From: an uncultured Pseudomonadota bacterium
Lineage (GTDB): Bacteria > Pseudomonadota > Alphaproteobacteria > Rs-D84
Reading direction: 5' to 3'
DNA: 64,000 nt
NCBI GenBank assembly: GCA_900320405.1
Contig: OOHM01000001.1
Span: 2,843-66,842 of the forward strand
The notes under the pieces: model-generated
Told to the model about the DNA's origin: nothing
What the model saw: only the letters and a program-made list of their open reading frames with translations
Databases searched by the model: none
Part shown: piece after piece, positions 45,887 through 56,358 of the stretch
Position numbering within the stretch: the stretch's first letter is position 1
Layout: the number at the start of each line of letters is the position of its first letter
Position numbers and translations under genes: made by a program

Positions 45887-47115
45887 TATTTTTTATCGTC
45901 GCCTTTCGTCGTTTTGTCACCCGATTCTTTTTTATCGCCGTTGTTTATTATTTTTTGACCAACGCTTTTAACACTGTTTGTAATCAATGCGACCAATTTT
46001 TCCGCATCATTCGCCATTTGTTCGCTCATCTTGTTTTCTTCTGAAACCCCGAATGTAGAAAGTATCATTTTTGATACATTTGGAACCTGTTTATAAATAT
46101 AATTCAAAACATACACCAAAACCACGATACCAATCAATGTAATTGATGCCAAATTGTCATCTGATAAATCAGACGCAAAAACTTCACCCGACATAATCGC
46201 ATTCATCAATTCATTAACCGATATTCCAGAATCAGTAAAGAACCGCGCAATAATCACCATAACAACAACATATGTTATAACCGCCGCGCCCAATGCGACA
46301 ATGGAATTTATAACCTTTTTTAATTGATTGGTACCCAAACCTTTGCCCAATGACGACATCCATTCCGGCATATCGCCGCCCCGGAAAGACATCATCATCA
46401 ACGCGATTGGAAACAGAAACGCGAACATTGCCATATTGATAATTACATCAACAAAATAAAAACAGAATCGTAAAAATAATTTTAGAAATCCCCAGAACAA
46501 ATAGATACCAATAAAGAAATAAAGTATGTGTCGGAAAATTGCACCGATTGTTGGCATCTCGGTCCAAGTGAAAGATTTATCAATAACCGCGATTCCCAAT
46601 TTCATATATGATTGAAACAGAACGATTGTCGTTTTCATAATATCTACAATTGTGTTACGCAGTTCCGGTCGATAAAACCCGTCGTCTGATATTTTCTGTA
46701 ACGGCGCACTTTTTACATGCTTATCTACAAATTCTGGGGTTGTCTTTAATATAGATTGTGTATAAATCAATGTTATATCCGCAACCGGTTCAAATGTTAT
46801 GCGCGTCACAAAACGCGGAACACCAACCCCCAACCCCAACAGTGTTAACGCAAACAAAGAATTTATAACAACGCGAACAACACTTTTTGTGTACATTGGG
46901 TCGGATGTATCCGGCTTTTTCGGGTTCAATGTCTTCCACACCGCCCATATAACATAGAACACAAACAACACCGCAAAAATCGCAAAGCATATATTGGCGA
47001 CTTTGGTATAAACAACCGCCCCCGCATTTGATACAACGCGGAACAAATTATCAAACACATCGCAACCCCAACATTGCGCGACTTTTTCGACAAAATTGTT
47101 TGCTATGTTGTTCAT
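45886..47115 (-). CDS. Polytopic membrane protein, VirB6/TrbL-like
   Basis: CWGC motif; LFPIALMMMSF core. Confidence 0.55.
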   Translation of the reverse strand: MNNIANNFVEKVAQCWGCDVFDNLFRVVSNAGAVVYTKVANICFAIFAVLFVFYVIWAVWKTLNPKKPDTSDPMYTKSVVRVVINSLFALTLLGLGVGVPRFVTRITFEPVADITLIYTQSILKTTPEFVDKHVKSAPLQKISDDGFYRPELRNTIVDIMKTTIVLFQSYMKLGIAVIDKSFTWTEMPTIGAIFRHILYFFIGIYLFWGFLKLFLRFCFYFVDVIINMAMFAFLFPIALMMMSFRGGDMPEWMSSLGKGLGTNQLKKVINSIVALGAAVITYVVVMVIIARFFTDSGISVNELMNAIMSGEVFASDLSDDNLASITLIGIVVLVYVLNYIYKQVPNVSKMILSTFGVSEENKMSEQMANDAEKLVALITNSVKSVGQKIINNGDKKESGDKTTKGDDKK

Positions 47116-48407
47116 TTCTTGATTAAACCTATTGCCTTTTTAATGGATGTATACGCGTTCTTGGTCCATGTTGTTGTTGCCTTGAAATCCGATTTAGTTT
47201 GATCGTATAACCAGGTATTGGTTGAAGAATAATCGGTCAATTTTTTGCGTGTCATATCGAAAATCGCGTTCATTAAAAAGAAGGTCAGCAATGCAGACAA
47301 CCACATTAATGAATGTCCGCCGAAATTCACCGCGGTGGCGGTCACTGTTCCGTTCATTAAATTTCCCGTCGCAACACCGTCTGCGGCAATATTCTGCACG
47401 CCACCCGATTGAAACAGTGCGCGCACCACGGCGATATTGATAATCAATATGAACGAACAGGCAATCATCGTTATAACTAATTTTTGCAGTGCCTTGATAA
47501 TTTCGCTGAATGGTGGCCAAATATCAAACCATTTATCACTGCGTTTTGCGACCCACGCAAGCACCCCAAACGGGTACAGTATCAATGCCATACCAAATTC
47601 AAATATACCCTGAATGATTAACAACGCCATAAACAAATTGCAACCAACAAATGTGAATATCAATAACACACCTGTTATAACACTCATAATGTTTTGACCA
47701 CCGTGCGGCATAAGTGTTATCAACCCGTGCAGTCCGCGCGATAAAAATTCAAATCCGCGTTTTATGATAACATTATTTGCACTGGATACCTTGGCAACCG
47801 GTTGTATCAAGAAATTGCAACTGCGTTTGCTTAACCAATCGCCAGCCAATACGGCATCGGGACATTTTATCTCTGGCGCATTTGCGCCATTTATGTTTGC
47901 GGTTTCAATAATAGATTTTGTATATATTGCACCAAATTCCAAGAATGGGTTTACCAACCATTCCGTCACATAAACCGGTTTTACCTGTAATAAAAATGTT
48001 GCCGCGATAACCGCACGCATAACACTTTTCAAAACGGTTTCCGACATTGCGAATCCCGATGTTTTGCCATTCCACATTTCACCACCACCGGAAAATCCCA
48101 AAAATTCAATCCACCGTTTTGGAAACCACATTAATGCCGCATACAACAAAATTGAAAATGCCAAGAATGTCCAAATTAAAATATAAATGATGCCGGTGCC
48201 GTTTCCAACAAAGTATTCATATGTTCCGCGTGCGACCGTCATAAATGCATCTAACACATGTGGTACAAACGGGGCAAGGTTCAATTTATCCACAACCGCC
48301 CAATTTGCGGCATACACCGTATGCGGAACAGACATAACCGCAATACAAACCATCGGCAAAATCAAACGCCGAAAAAATTGTTCAAAATGCGCCCGTTTGA
48401 AAAACAT
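47112..48407 (-). CDS. Polytopic membrane protein, VirB6/TrbL-like
   Basis: LYPFGVLAWV core, same topology as neighbours. Confidence 0.55.
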   Translation of the reverse strand: MFFKRAHFEQFFRRLILPMVCIAVMSVPHTVYAANWAVVDKLNLAPFVPHVLDAFMTVARGTYEYFVGNGTGIIYILIWTFLAFSILLYAALMWFPKRWIEFLGFSGGGEMWNGKTSGFAMSETVLKSVMRAVIAATFLLQVKPVYVTEWLVNPFLEFGAIYTKSIIETANINGANAPEIKCPDAVLAGDWLSKRSCNFLIQPVAKVSSANNVIIKRGFEFLSRGLHGLITLMPHGGQNIMSVITGVLLIFTFVGCNLFMALLIIQGIFEFGMALILYPFGVLAWVAKRSDKWFDIWPPFSEIIKALQKLVITMIACSFILIINIAVVRALFQSGGVQNIAADGVATGNLMNGTVTATAVNFGGHSLMWLSALLTFFLMNAIFDMTRKKLTDYSSTNTWLYDQTKSDFKATTTWTKNAYTSIKKAIGLIKK

Positions 48408-48468
48408 TATCCTACATTTTGTAATTTATTATATTACTTATTAAAGGATTGTGATATAATTACGTGAA

Positions 48469-49767
48469 ATGAGCAAGTTAAAAAAATTTTTAATTGTATT
48501 TTTATCTTTCTTTCCATTAACTGCGGCTGCGTTTTGGCCATGGGTGGTTGCGGGTGCGGCCGCCACAATCGCGGGTTTTTCAATATGGCGCAGTGTTGCA
48601 CCGGTTGATATGAACGACGCATTGCAATTTTTTTCTTCGTGTTGGACGTGCCAAATGTTCAGTGCGGTTATGGCAACAATGTCGACAATATTGCCGCGCA
48701 TATTTTCCGAGATTGGTCGCGCAGTAATTCCAATGGCGTTGATGTTGACCGCGGTTTATTTTACTTGGACAATCACATCTGGATTTTTCAATTCTAAAAT
48801 CGAAAGTGGATGGGCGATAACTTCTAAATTCACAACGCATATGATTAAATTGGCGGTGGTATGCGCGCTTTTGGTTTTGCCGTTGCCCCGATTGATAAGC
48901 AATGTTGTCATAGAACCGGTTTTCAATATCGGTATGTCGGTGAATCATATCGTTGGTGATTCCGATAAATTTGCAGAATGTATGGTTGCGACCACATTGA
49001 TGGATGATGCCGTGGATGCAAAGTCTTTACGAAACGACAATATGCCAACGGGCGCATTTCCGGTAAAGTTGCGCAGTGGATTGGCGTGTGAATTGGCAAA
49101 TGTTCACCAAGTGACAGGTTTGGGAATGACGGTTGGGTGGACTATGCTGAATATGGCGTTTAATTACGATTATATGCACAAGATTATGTGGGGTATCCCA
49201 ATTTTCCCGAATGTACCGATGTTTTTTGCGGGGCTGCTGGTTTTGGTTTTGTATTTTATGGCGGTGTTGCCGATACCATTATATTTCTTGGAAATCTTTG
49301 TTGGTTTGGCGTTAGATTTTATAATGTTGCCGTTAATGTTATTGGGTTGGTTGTTCAAAGATTGGAAAATTGCGGCCGCATTGAATGGCGGTAAAAATAT
49401 CCAAGGTATGATAGACGATGTGGTCAAAGGCACGGTCGGTATTGCCATGACGGTGGTGTTTTTAATATTTGGCATAATGTTTTTGGATGCAATTGTGGGA
49501 AATGTTGGGGGGCTGTCACGAATTGGCACGGCAATCGCCACGGGCGATTCGAAAATATTGATGGACGGCCTTTTGCTGCGTAACGACAGTCTTATTACAA
49601 TGATATTGCTGGGCGCGTTCTTTATGGTATTTATGACATCGATTCCGGCCCTGATTAAGACGATATTCAATGTTGGGGTTTCCAATAAATTCTATGAAAC
49701 GGCCAAAAAAGACTTTATTACGATTCGCTCGTTGGCCGGAAAATGGTGGAAAACATTGAAAAAATAA
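48469..49767 (+). CDS. Polytopic membrane protein, VirB6/TrbL-like
   Basis: CWTC motif; MLPLMLLGWLFKDW core. Confidence 0.55.
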   Translation: MSKLKKFLIVFLSFFPLTAAAFWPWVVAGAAATIAGFSIWRSVAPVDMNDALQFFSSCWTCQMFSAVMATMSTILPRIFSEIGRAVIPMALMLTAVYFTWTITSGFFNSKIESGWAITSKFTTHMIKLAVVCALLVLPLPRLISNVVIEPVFNIGMSVNHIVGDSDKFAECMVATTLMDDAVDAKSLRNDNMPTGAFPVKLRSGLACELANVHQVTGLGMTVGWTMLNMAFNYDYMHKIMWGIPIFPNVPMFFAGLLVLVLYFMAVLPIPLYFLEIFVGLALDFIMLPLMLLGWLFKDWKIAAALNGGKNIQGMIDDVVKGTVGIAMTVVFLIFGIMFLDAIVGNVGGLSRIGTAIATGDSKILMDGLLLRNDSLITMILLGAFFMVFMTSIPALIKTIFNVGVSNKFYETAKKDFITIRSLAGKWWKTLKK

Positions 49768-49835
49768 AAAATCAAGATATTTATTTTTCGTGGCCCCCTT
49801 TTTTATTTGCACCGAATCTGATATAATTCTTAGCA

Positions 49836-50351
49836 ATGAGTAGATTTCCGATTCTTTATTGGCCGCGCAGTACAAAGTCTGATACAGAATACCAGACTGC
49901 GCGCAAGGTCATAAATTCTACGATTGGGGCAATGCCCGATGTTATAACCGGCGATTTTAACGTCGGTGATATTTTTGCCGCGCGTCCCGATGCGGTGGTT
50001 TATTATCCTGTGTTCTATGGGTCGACCGGTTGGTGGGGTGAATTATTGGGGGCGAATGCCGTTGTGACCGACAAATTGATAATATCACCGGAATGTCAAT
50101 TGATGGTTATCGAAAGTGCGTCTGCGGCCAAAACACCGCGGCACGCCACGCATCAATTACTTGCCGCAGAAATATACCCGACCAGTGGATTTTTCAAGAA
50201 AATGAGTTCTGAAATCGCGACGGTTGCCGATATGTTGGCAACAGATGCGGGTACAATACTTGCATTGTTTGCGGGTCACGACAAAAATCGCTTTGTTCGT
50301 GTATTGGAATCGACCGGAAACGCGTATCTGGGTTGCATTGGGCAATATTAG
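49836..50351 (+). CDS. Hypothetical protein
   Basis: 171 aa ORF filling the gap between genes. Confidence 0.6.
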   Translation: MSRFPILYWPRSTKSDTEYQTARKVINSTIGAMPDVITGDFNVGDIFAARPDAVVYYPVFYGSTGWWGELLGANAVVTDKLIISPECQLMVIESASAAKTPRHATHQLLAAEIYPTSGFFKKMSSEIATVADMLATDAGTILALFAGHDKNRFVRVLESTGNAYLGCIGQY

Positions 50352-50433
50352 TGCGAAAATTGCATTATTACCTTGATTTTCCGAAAAAAGCCTGTATAAT
50401 TTCACGGCAAAAAAATACAAAAAGGGGTTTGTG

Positions 50434-50646
50434 ATGAAAAAAGGTATTCATCCGGAATATTTTGAAATCAACGTGACACGTACCGACGGTAAAACCGTTA
50501 AAATGTTTTCTTCGGTGAATAAAGATTTGGTTTTGTCTACCGACAATTTGAACCATTCTGCGTGGACGGGTCAACGTTCCAACGCCGGCGAAAAGGGTCG
50601 TCGTACCGCGGATTTCAAAAAGAAATTTGCCGGTTTCGGTTTTTAA
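50434..50646 (+). CDS. rpmE: 50S ribosomal protein L31 (Cys-free type)
   Basis: MKKGIHPEY..HSAWTG..GR...FKKKF. Confidence 0.93.
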   Translation: MKKGIHPEYFEINVTRTDGKTVKMFSSVNKDLVLSTDNLNHSAWTGQRSNAGEKGRRTADFKKKFAGFGF

Positions 50647-50673
50647 TCATTTGTGTAAATTGGGGGGCGCGTA

Positions 50674-51381
50674 ATGGATTTGTTGATTAAGGGTTCGCCG
50701 GAATTAAACAAGATGTTTATGGCGCTGCAACGGACCGCAACTGGTCTGCGCCACGATTTTGGCGAGGTTGAAAACCTGCAACAATCTCTACGTGGGGCGC
50801 GTGATTTTGTGCATCGTGCCGCCGCCCGTATTGAAGAAGAAATACTTTCCGATTTATCATTGGTGCGTCCGTCGGCGGGGTTGCTGACCCCGAATGTGAC
50901 GCGTGCGGGTGACGGGCGCGATGAATTTGTGTTGGCTCTGTCGGGGGCGGCAAATTTTGTTCGTGGAAACCCGCGTTTTGCGATATCTTTGGCATTGCGT
51001 TCAATGGATGAAACAAAAATTGCATTGGTTTATTCCCCGATTGACGAATATCTGTATTATGCCGAATCTGGCGATGGCGCATATGCATATTCCGCGTTTC
51101 ATTCGGCGCGTATACGTGTGTCAAATATCAAAGATTTGGCGGATATGACGGTTGCATATAACGGTATTGCGGGAAATCCGTTAAACGCGGGCAATGTTCG
51201 TACCACGGGTTGCCCGGCAATGGATTTGGCGTGGGTTGCCGCGGGTAAATTTGACGCATTTATGTCATCGAACCTGGATTTTGCAGAAATTGCCGCGGGT
51301 GATTTGATTGTGCGTGAATCGGGTGGTAAAATCGAAATTGGTGCGGATGTTATCGCCACAAATGGTAAAATCGGTGATTAG
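50674..51381 (+). CDS. suhB: Inositol monophosphatase/SuhB-like protein with degenerate active site
   Basis: HDFGEVENLQ, DLAWVAAGKFDA, AAGDLIVRESGG; DPLDGT motif lost. Confidence 0.75.
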   Translation: MDLLIKGSPELNKMFMALQRTATGLRHDFGEVENLQQSLRGARDFVHRAAARIEEEILSDLSLVRPSAGLLTPNVTRAGDGRDEFVLALSGAANFVRGNPRFAISLALRSMDETKIALVYSPIDEYLYYAESGDGAYAYSAFHSARIRVSNIKDLADMTVAYNGIAGNPLNAGNVRTTGCPAMDLAWVAAGKFDAFMSSNLDFAEIAAGDLIVRESGGKIEIGADVIATNGKIGD

Positions 51382-51433
51382 TGGTTAAGTGATTATTGAA
51401 AAACACCGGCATAATCGCCGGTGTTTTTTTATT

Positions 51434-51509
51434 CGTCATCCCGACGAAAGTCGGGATCTATTCGGCCCCGTCGTGAACCAAAGAGATACCGGCTTTCGCC
51501 GGTATGACG
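51434..51509. repeat. REP/RPE-like palindromic element
   Basis: CGTCATCCCGACGAAAGTCGGGATCT..AGATACCGGCTTTCGCCGGTATGACG. Confidence 0.7.
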
Positions 51510-51544
51510 TCAATCGTGAAATAACTATGCTAAAAATTAATCGC

Positions 51545-52750
51545 TTAATCGCATACTTTGCAATTGCCATCAATATAGCATGACTTTGTATCAGGACACC
51601 CATGCACGCATCCACCAAACCTTGCCGGGTCTGTTTCTGTCCAGCATTCTCGATTACTGTTCGGACCAGATTTCATTTGCATTTGTGAATACGTGTTCAT
51701 TCTGTCTTTGGGCAGGCACCCGTTACGATTACTGTTTGGATATTCGCCTTTTACACATTTGTCGCATACGCCATCTGCATTGACATACGCCAATGCCCCC
51801 CCGTCACATTCGACACAGGTTCTGTCATTTTGGCTTCTAAAGCCTTTGTTAGTTTGACATTGAAAATAATAGCAATTTTTGCCGCTGTCGTAATTAAGGC
51901 TATGTTCGGATGATGTATAATTGCTTTGATTAAAACCTGGGCACAGATTGTTCAACATAGTTTCCGTTGTCGCACAGGACGATGGGCCTGGAATACAATC
52001 TGTCTCGTCTGAATTCGCAACCCACCCCGCGGCACACAATACTTTCTGATTACCATTTCCTTTTACAGAAGAAATCCAAGATGAAGATGTAGAATGTGCT
52101 TTTCTGTTTGCGTGTATGTCCACCGGTCCAACAATTATTGCGTGTGGTTTCACCTCTAAAACACCTAACACAATAACTTGTGAAAATGTGCCGCTGTTCT
52201 GATTAAGTACAGCGTGTAAAACGGGTGTGTCGCTGGTTTTTATTTTGCTTTTATCATTACAGTATTTTGATGTTGTATCCAAAAATTTTGCATCGGCAAT
52301 ATTATCAAACCAACTTGTATAATCAGTATGATCACATTTCGGGGTGCCCGTGTTATCACATCTGGGACCGTAAAAACCCGACTTACAAAAAACGGCACAT
52401 TGATAATCTTTGGTGGCATAAAAATCAATCCACGATTTCCTGCCTGCGTTTGCAGACTGAATTTGTCTGGTGCAAAATTCGGCACCTTGCCCATTAGAAA
52501 ATATGTTGGTTGCAATAATCGCGACACCGGCGCCTTCGTCATTTGTGCCACATGCGCCGGATTGATGTGTTTCCCCAATCATCCACGATTGCATAAATTT
52601 GTTGGTCAGATCTCTATTAAACTCCCACGGTGAAATATACCAAGCATATTTTAGAGTGTCAGAAACTACAGACGGTGTTTGCAACTCTTTTGCCCCGAAC
52701 GCGTTTCCGGTCACCAACAGCCCACATAAAATTATGAAAAATTTTTTCAT
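51545..52750 (-). CDS. Cysteine-rich secreted protein
   Basis: MKKFFII signal peptide, GGAGG RBS, many CxxC/EGF-like motifs. Confidence 0.75.
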   Translation of the reverse strand: MKKFFIILCGLLVTGNAFGAKELQTPSVVSDTLKYAWYISPWEFNRDLTNKFMQSWMIGETHQSGACGTNDEGAGVAIIATNIFSNGQGAEFCTRQIQSANAGRKSWIDFYATKDYQCAVFCKSGFYGPRCDNTGTPKCDHTDYTSWFDNIADAKFLDTTSKYCNDKSKIKTSDTPVLHAVLNQNSGTFSQVIVLGVLEVKPHAIIVGPVDIHANRKAHSTSSSWISSVKGNGNQKVLCAAGWVANSDETDCIPGPSSCATTETMLNNLCPGFNQSNYTSSEHSLNYDSGKNCYYFQCQTNKGFRSQNDRTCVECDGGALAYVNADGVCDKCVKGEYPNSNRNGCLPKDRMNTYSQMQMKSGPNSNRECWTETDPARFGGCVHGCPDTKSCYIDGNCKVCD

Positions 52751-52843
52751 ATTTACCTCTCCATAAATATTCCTTTCAAATTTTAGTTTAACAACTTCAT
52801 ATCGTACTTGCAAATGAAAAGTTTTTGTCTTAAAATCATTTTT

Positions 52844-54886
52844 ATGAAATTCAAGAAAATTTTTCGTATCTTTTTACACATTATATTCTGGTGCGTTGTT
52901 GCGGTTGTTGCCGCGACTGCGACATTGTTTTTAATTTATGGTGGAAATTTGCCGGATTATCGTAAATTGGCAACATATGCGCCACCGGTTGCGACACGCC
53001 TTTATGCGGCGGACGGTTCATTGTTGATTGAATATGCCGAAGAACGTCGCGTCTTTATTGACTTTGAAGATATGCCACCACAATTGATAAATGCGTTCGT
53101 TGCCGCCGAAGACCAAAATTTCTGGACGCACCCGGGAATTGATGTCCAGGGTATTTTGCGCGCATCGATAAACAATGCAATGCGCGTATTCGGTTTTGAT
53201 AAAACATTTACCGGTGCATCAACCATCACTCAACAGGTTGCAAAAAATTTCTTTCTTTCATCCGACCGCACAATGTCGCGCAAGATAAAAGAGGCGATTT
53301 TGGCGTTGCGCCTGGAACGCGCATTTTCAAAAAAGCATATTATGACACTTTATTTGAATCAAATATTCCTTGGTGCGCGTGCGTACGGTGTGGGTTCGGC
53401 GGCATTAATGTATTTTAATAAACCGGTATCGCAATTGTCGTTGTCTGAATGCGCGTTCTTGGCATCCCTGCCCAAGGCACCAAATGACCGCGCACGTGCC
53501 GAAGAACGTCGAAACTATGTGTTGCGTCGTATGGCGGACGAAGGTTATATCACGCGTGATGAAGCCAATGCCGCCGCCGCCGAACCGTTAAATATCAACA
53601 GTGGTTTTACCGCCCAAATGGAAGATGATTTTCAATACTTTGCCGAAGATGTGCGCCGGCAATTGTTGGATAAATTGGGTCGCGAAACATTGTATAACCA
53701 GGGATTATATATAAAAACAACAATCAACCCGACCTATCAACGCGCGGCATCTGCGGCACTGAACAAGGCGCTGGATACATACAATAATGGCCGCAGTGAA
53801 AAATTACAGGGTGCAATTATTGTTATGAATCCGCACACGGGTCGCGTATTGGCGATGGCGGGCGGACGTTCATTCGCGGAAAGTTCTTTTAATCGCGCAA
53901 CCCAGGCATATCGCCAAATTGGCAGTACGATTAAACCGTTTGTATACTTGGCCGCGTTGGAACGTGATTTTTCGCCGGAATATTTGATTTCTGATACGCC
54001 GATTGTTGGTTGGCGCGAAAACAATATGCAATGGAAACCTGAAAATTATGACAAGAAATTCCTTGGTGATGTTCCGTTGCGTTTTGCGTTGGAGACTTCG
54101 CGTAATGTCCCCAGTGTTCGTATGGTTGAAAAAATCGGCGTAGAAAACGCGATAGAGGTTGCGCAACGTTTTGGTGTATATCCGGCGGATATGAACAATA
54201 TGAATTTGTCTTTGGCATTGGGGTCGGGCGAAACGACATTGGAAAATCTGGTGTTGGGTTATTCGGCATTTGTAAATGGTGGCCGCAAAATTGAACCGAA
54301 ATTGGTCGACTATATCGAAGACCGTTATGGAAATGTTATCGGCGGAAACAAAAACGAAATATTGGAATGGTCGTCCGATATGGAACCGGTTGAAGAAGAA
54401 GTGCAGGGCGAACCATTATCTGATTCCCAGAGTTTATATCAATTATTGTCGATATTACAGGGTGTTGTTGACCGCGGTACCGGCCGCCAGGCCGCGATTC
54501 CGGGACACACCATTGCGGGTAAAACCGGCACAACAAACGATGTCAAAGATGTTTGGTTTGTTGGGTTTACAAAAAACCTGATTGCGGGTGTGTATTTGGG
54601 TTATGATACGCCAAAACCGTTGGGCAAGGGCGCAGGCAGTCATATGGCCGCAACCGCATTTGCCGACTTTATGCGTGTTGCATTGGAAAAAGAAAAGAAT
54701 CAACCGTTTTCTGTGCCCGATGGATTGAACTTTGTTCGTGTGAATCGCCGCAGTGGTGCGTCCGCCGCCGAAGATCCCGAAGGCACGATTGTGATAGAGG
54801 CATTTAAGCCCGGTCAACATCCAAATCCGGTTGTTTATCAAAGTGGCGGCACGACGCCAAACGCGGTTGTCGGCGGTGTGTTCTAG
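52844..54886 (+). CDS. mrcA: Class A penicillin-binding protein 1A
   Basis: EDQNF, GASTITQQ, RKIKE; STIK, SRN, KTG motifs. Confidence 0.92.
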   Translation: MKFKKIFRIFLHIIFWCVVAVVAATATLFLIYGGNLPDYRKLATYAPPVATRLYAADGSLLIEYAEERRVFIDFEDMPPQLINAFVAAEDQNFWTHPGIDVQGILRASINNAMRVFGFDKTFTGASTITQQVAKNFFLSSDRTMSRKIKEAILALRLERAFSKKHIMTLYLNQIFLGARAYGVGSAALMYFNKPVSQLSLSECAFLASLPKAPNDRARAEERRNYVLRRMADEGYITRDEANAAAAEPLNINSGFTAQMEDDFQYFAEDVRRQLLDKLGRETLYNQGLYIKTTINPTYQRAASAALNKALDTYNNGRSEKLQGAIIVMNPHTGRVLAMAGGRSFAESSFNRATQAYRQIGSTIKPFVYLAALERDFSPEYLISDTPIVGWRENNMQWKPENYDKKFLGDVPLRFALETSRNVPSVRMVEKIGVENAIEVAQRFGVYPADMNNMNLSLALGSGETTLENLVLGYSAFVNGGRKIEPKLVDYIEDRYGNVIGGNKNEILEWSSDMEPVEEEVQGEPLSDSQSLYQLLSILQGVVDRGTGRQAAIPGHTIAGKTGTTNDVKDVWFVGFTKNLIAGVYLGYDTPKPLGKGAGSHMAATAFADFMRVALEKEKNQPFSVPDGLNFVRVNRRSGASAAEDPEGTIVIEAFKPGQHPNPVVYQSGGTTPNAVVGGVF

Positions 54887-54903
54887 AAGAAAAGGGGGTG
54901 GCT

Positions 54904-55191
54904 ATGAAGAAAATTTGTTTTGTTTTTGTTGGTTTGTTGGCTTTGGCGGCGTGTGACCGTGCGGATAATGTCTATGTTTGCGATAAATATACGGTTGAAA
55001 TAACCCTTGGGGATACCGGTGACACATTGACCGCAGATTTGAACGGGGATGTGGTTGAAATGAATATTGCGCCGTCTGGGGATGGCGCGCGGTATATTGC
55101 GAACCTGAATGATACGGAAATTACGCTTTGGAATCGGGGGCGCGATTGGACATTGATTATCGGTGATGAAGAACCGGTTCAGTGTAAATAA
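54904..55191 (+). CDS. MliC-like lipoprotein
   Basis: Lipobox LAAC; APSGDGARY..LWNRG. Confidence 0.75.
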   Translation: MKKICFVFVGLLALAACDRADNVYVCDKYTVEITLGDTGDTLTADLNGDVVEMNIAPSGDGARYIANLNDTEITLWNRGRDWTLIIGDEEPVQCK

Positions 55192-55257
55192 TTTTTTCTA
55201 AATAAGATTTCATTATTTTTGTGTTTGTGATAGAATAAAAGCATAAAAGGAGAATTT

Positions 55258-56346
55258 ATGCTTACGGATTATTTATTGTCACATGGGTATGGATTATTTT
55301 TTGGTGGTTGGACCCAATTTGGGGCGGCCTTTGGTACGGCGTTTTTGATAATGATGTTGTTTGGACGACCGTTTATCCGTGCAATGCACGCGTGGCAAAA
55401 AAAGGGTCAGCCAATCAGTGAAAATGTCCCCGAATCGCATCGCAAAAAGGCGGGTACACCAACAATGGGCGGCATATTGGTAATAATTGCGATTTTAATT
55501 GGCGCGATTGCGTTTATGCCGGTGGACAGTTTGACTGGTTGGATTGCGTTGACCTCGTTGGTTATGTTTGGTGCATTGGGATTTGTCGATGATTATAAAA
55601 AGGTGACCAGCGGGTCCAAAAAGGCATCGAACGGCCTGTCGCCACTGACACGTTTGATTGTCGAAGGTATTTTTGTTGTAATCTTGGCATATTTGATAAA
55701 TAAAACGATGCCGTCTTATGTTCCGGAATATTCATTGGCATTGCCGTTTGGAATAATATTCTCACTTGGCCTGTTTTATTATGTGTTTGCGTATTTTGTT
55801 ATATGTGGTGGTGCAAATGCAACAAATATCACAGACGGACTGGACGGGATGTTGGCAAAGTTATATATGCCGGTTTTGATAGTTTTGGTTGTGGCATTGT
55901 ATGGTGCGACCCGTATTGGATTTATGGACACGGTTTTGTTTATGCCGGCGACCAGTGGCCTGTACGCGGTGTTGGGCGCGGCATTTGGTGCGGTACTTGG
56001 GTTTTTGTGGTTTAACGCGCGGCCGGCATCGATATTTATGGGTGATGTTGGTTCACTTGCACTGGGCGGATTTATGGGAACGGTTGCAATGTTGTTGAAA
56101 TCCGAAGTTATTATGGGAATTGCGGCGGCGATGATGGTTTTGATATTGTTGTCTTCGTTTATTCAAACAATGTTTTTCAAAATTACGCGTCGCATATCGG
56201 GCACTGGGCGCAGGGTTTTCTTGCGCGCGCCATTGCATCATCATTTTGAAGAATTGGGATGGGACGAAACCAAAATCGTAGATAGATTTTTTGTGATGTC
56301 CATTCTGTTTTCTGGTCTGGCATTAATGTTGTTAAAATTCGCATAG
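55258..56346 (+). CDS. mraY: Phospho-N-acetylmuramoyl-pentapeptide transferase
   Basis: KAGTPTMGG, NITDGLDG, FMGDVGS, APLHHHFE. Confidence 0.96.
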   Translation: MLTDYLLSHGYGLFFGGWTQFGAAFGTAFLIMMLFGRPFIRAMHAWQKKGQPISENVPESHRKKAGTPTMGGILVIIAILIGAIAFMPVDSLTGWIALTSLVMFGALGFVDDYKKVTSGSKKASNGLSPLTRLIVEGIFVVILAYLINKTMPSYVPEYSLALPFGIIFSLGLFYYVFAYFVICGGANATNITDGLDGMLAKLYMPVLIVLVVALYGATRIGFMDTVLFMPATSGLYAVLGAAFGAVLGFLWFNARPASIFMGDVGSLALGGFMGTVAMLLKSEVIMGIAAAMMVLILLSSFIQTMFFKITRRISGTGRRVFLRAPLHHHFEELGWDETKIVDRFFVMSILFSGLALMLLKFA

Positions 56347-56358
56347 GGGGCAGGTTAA

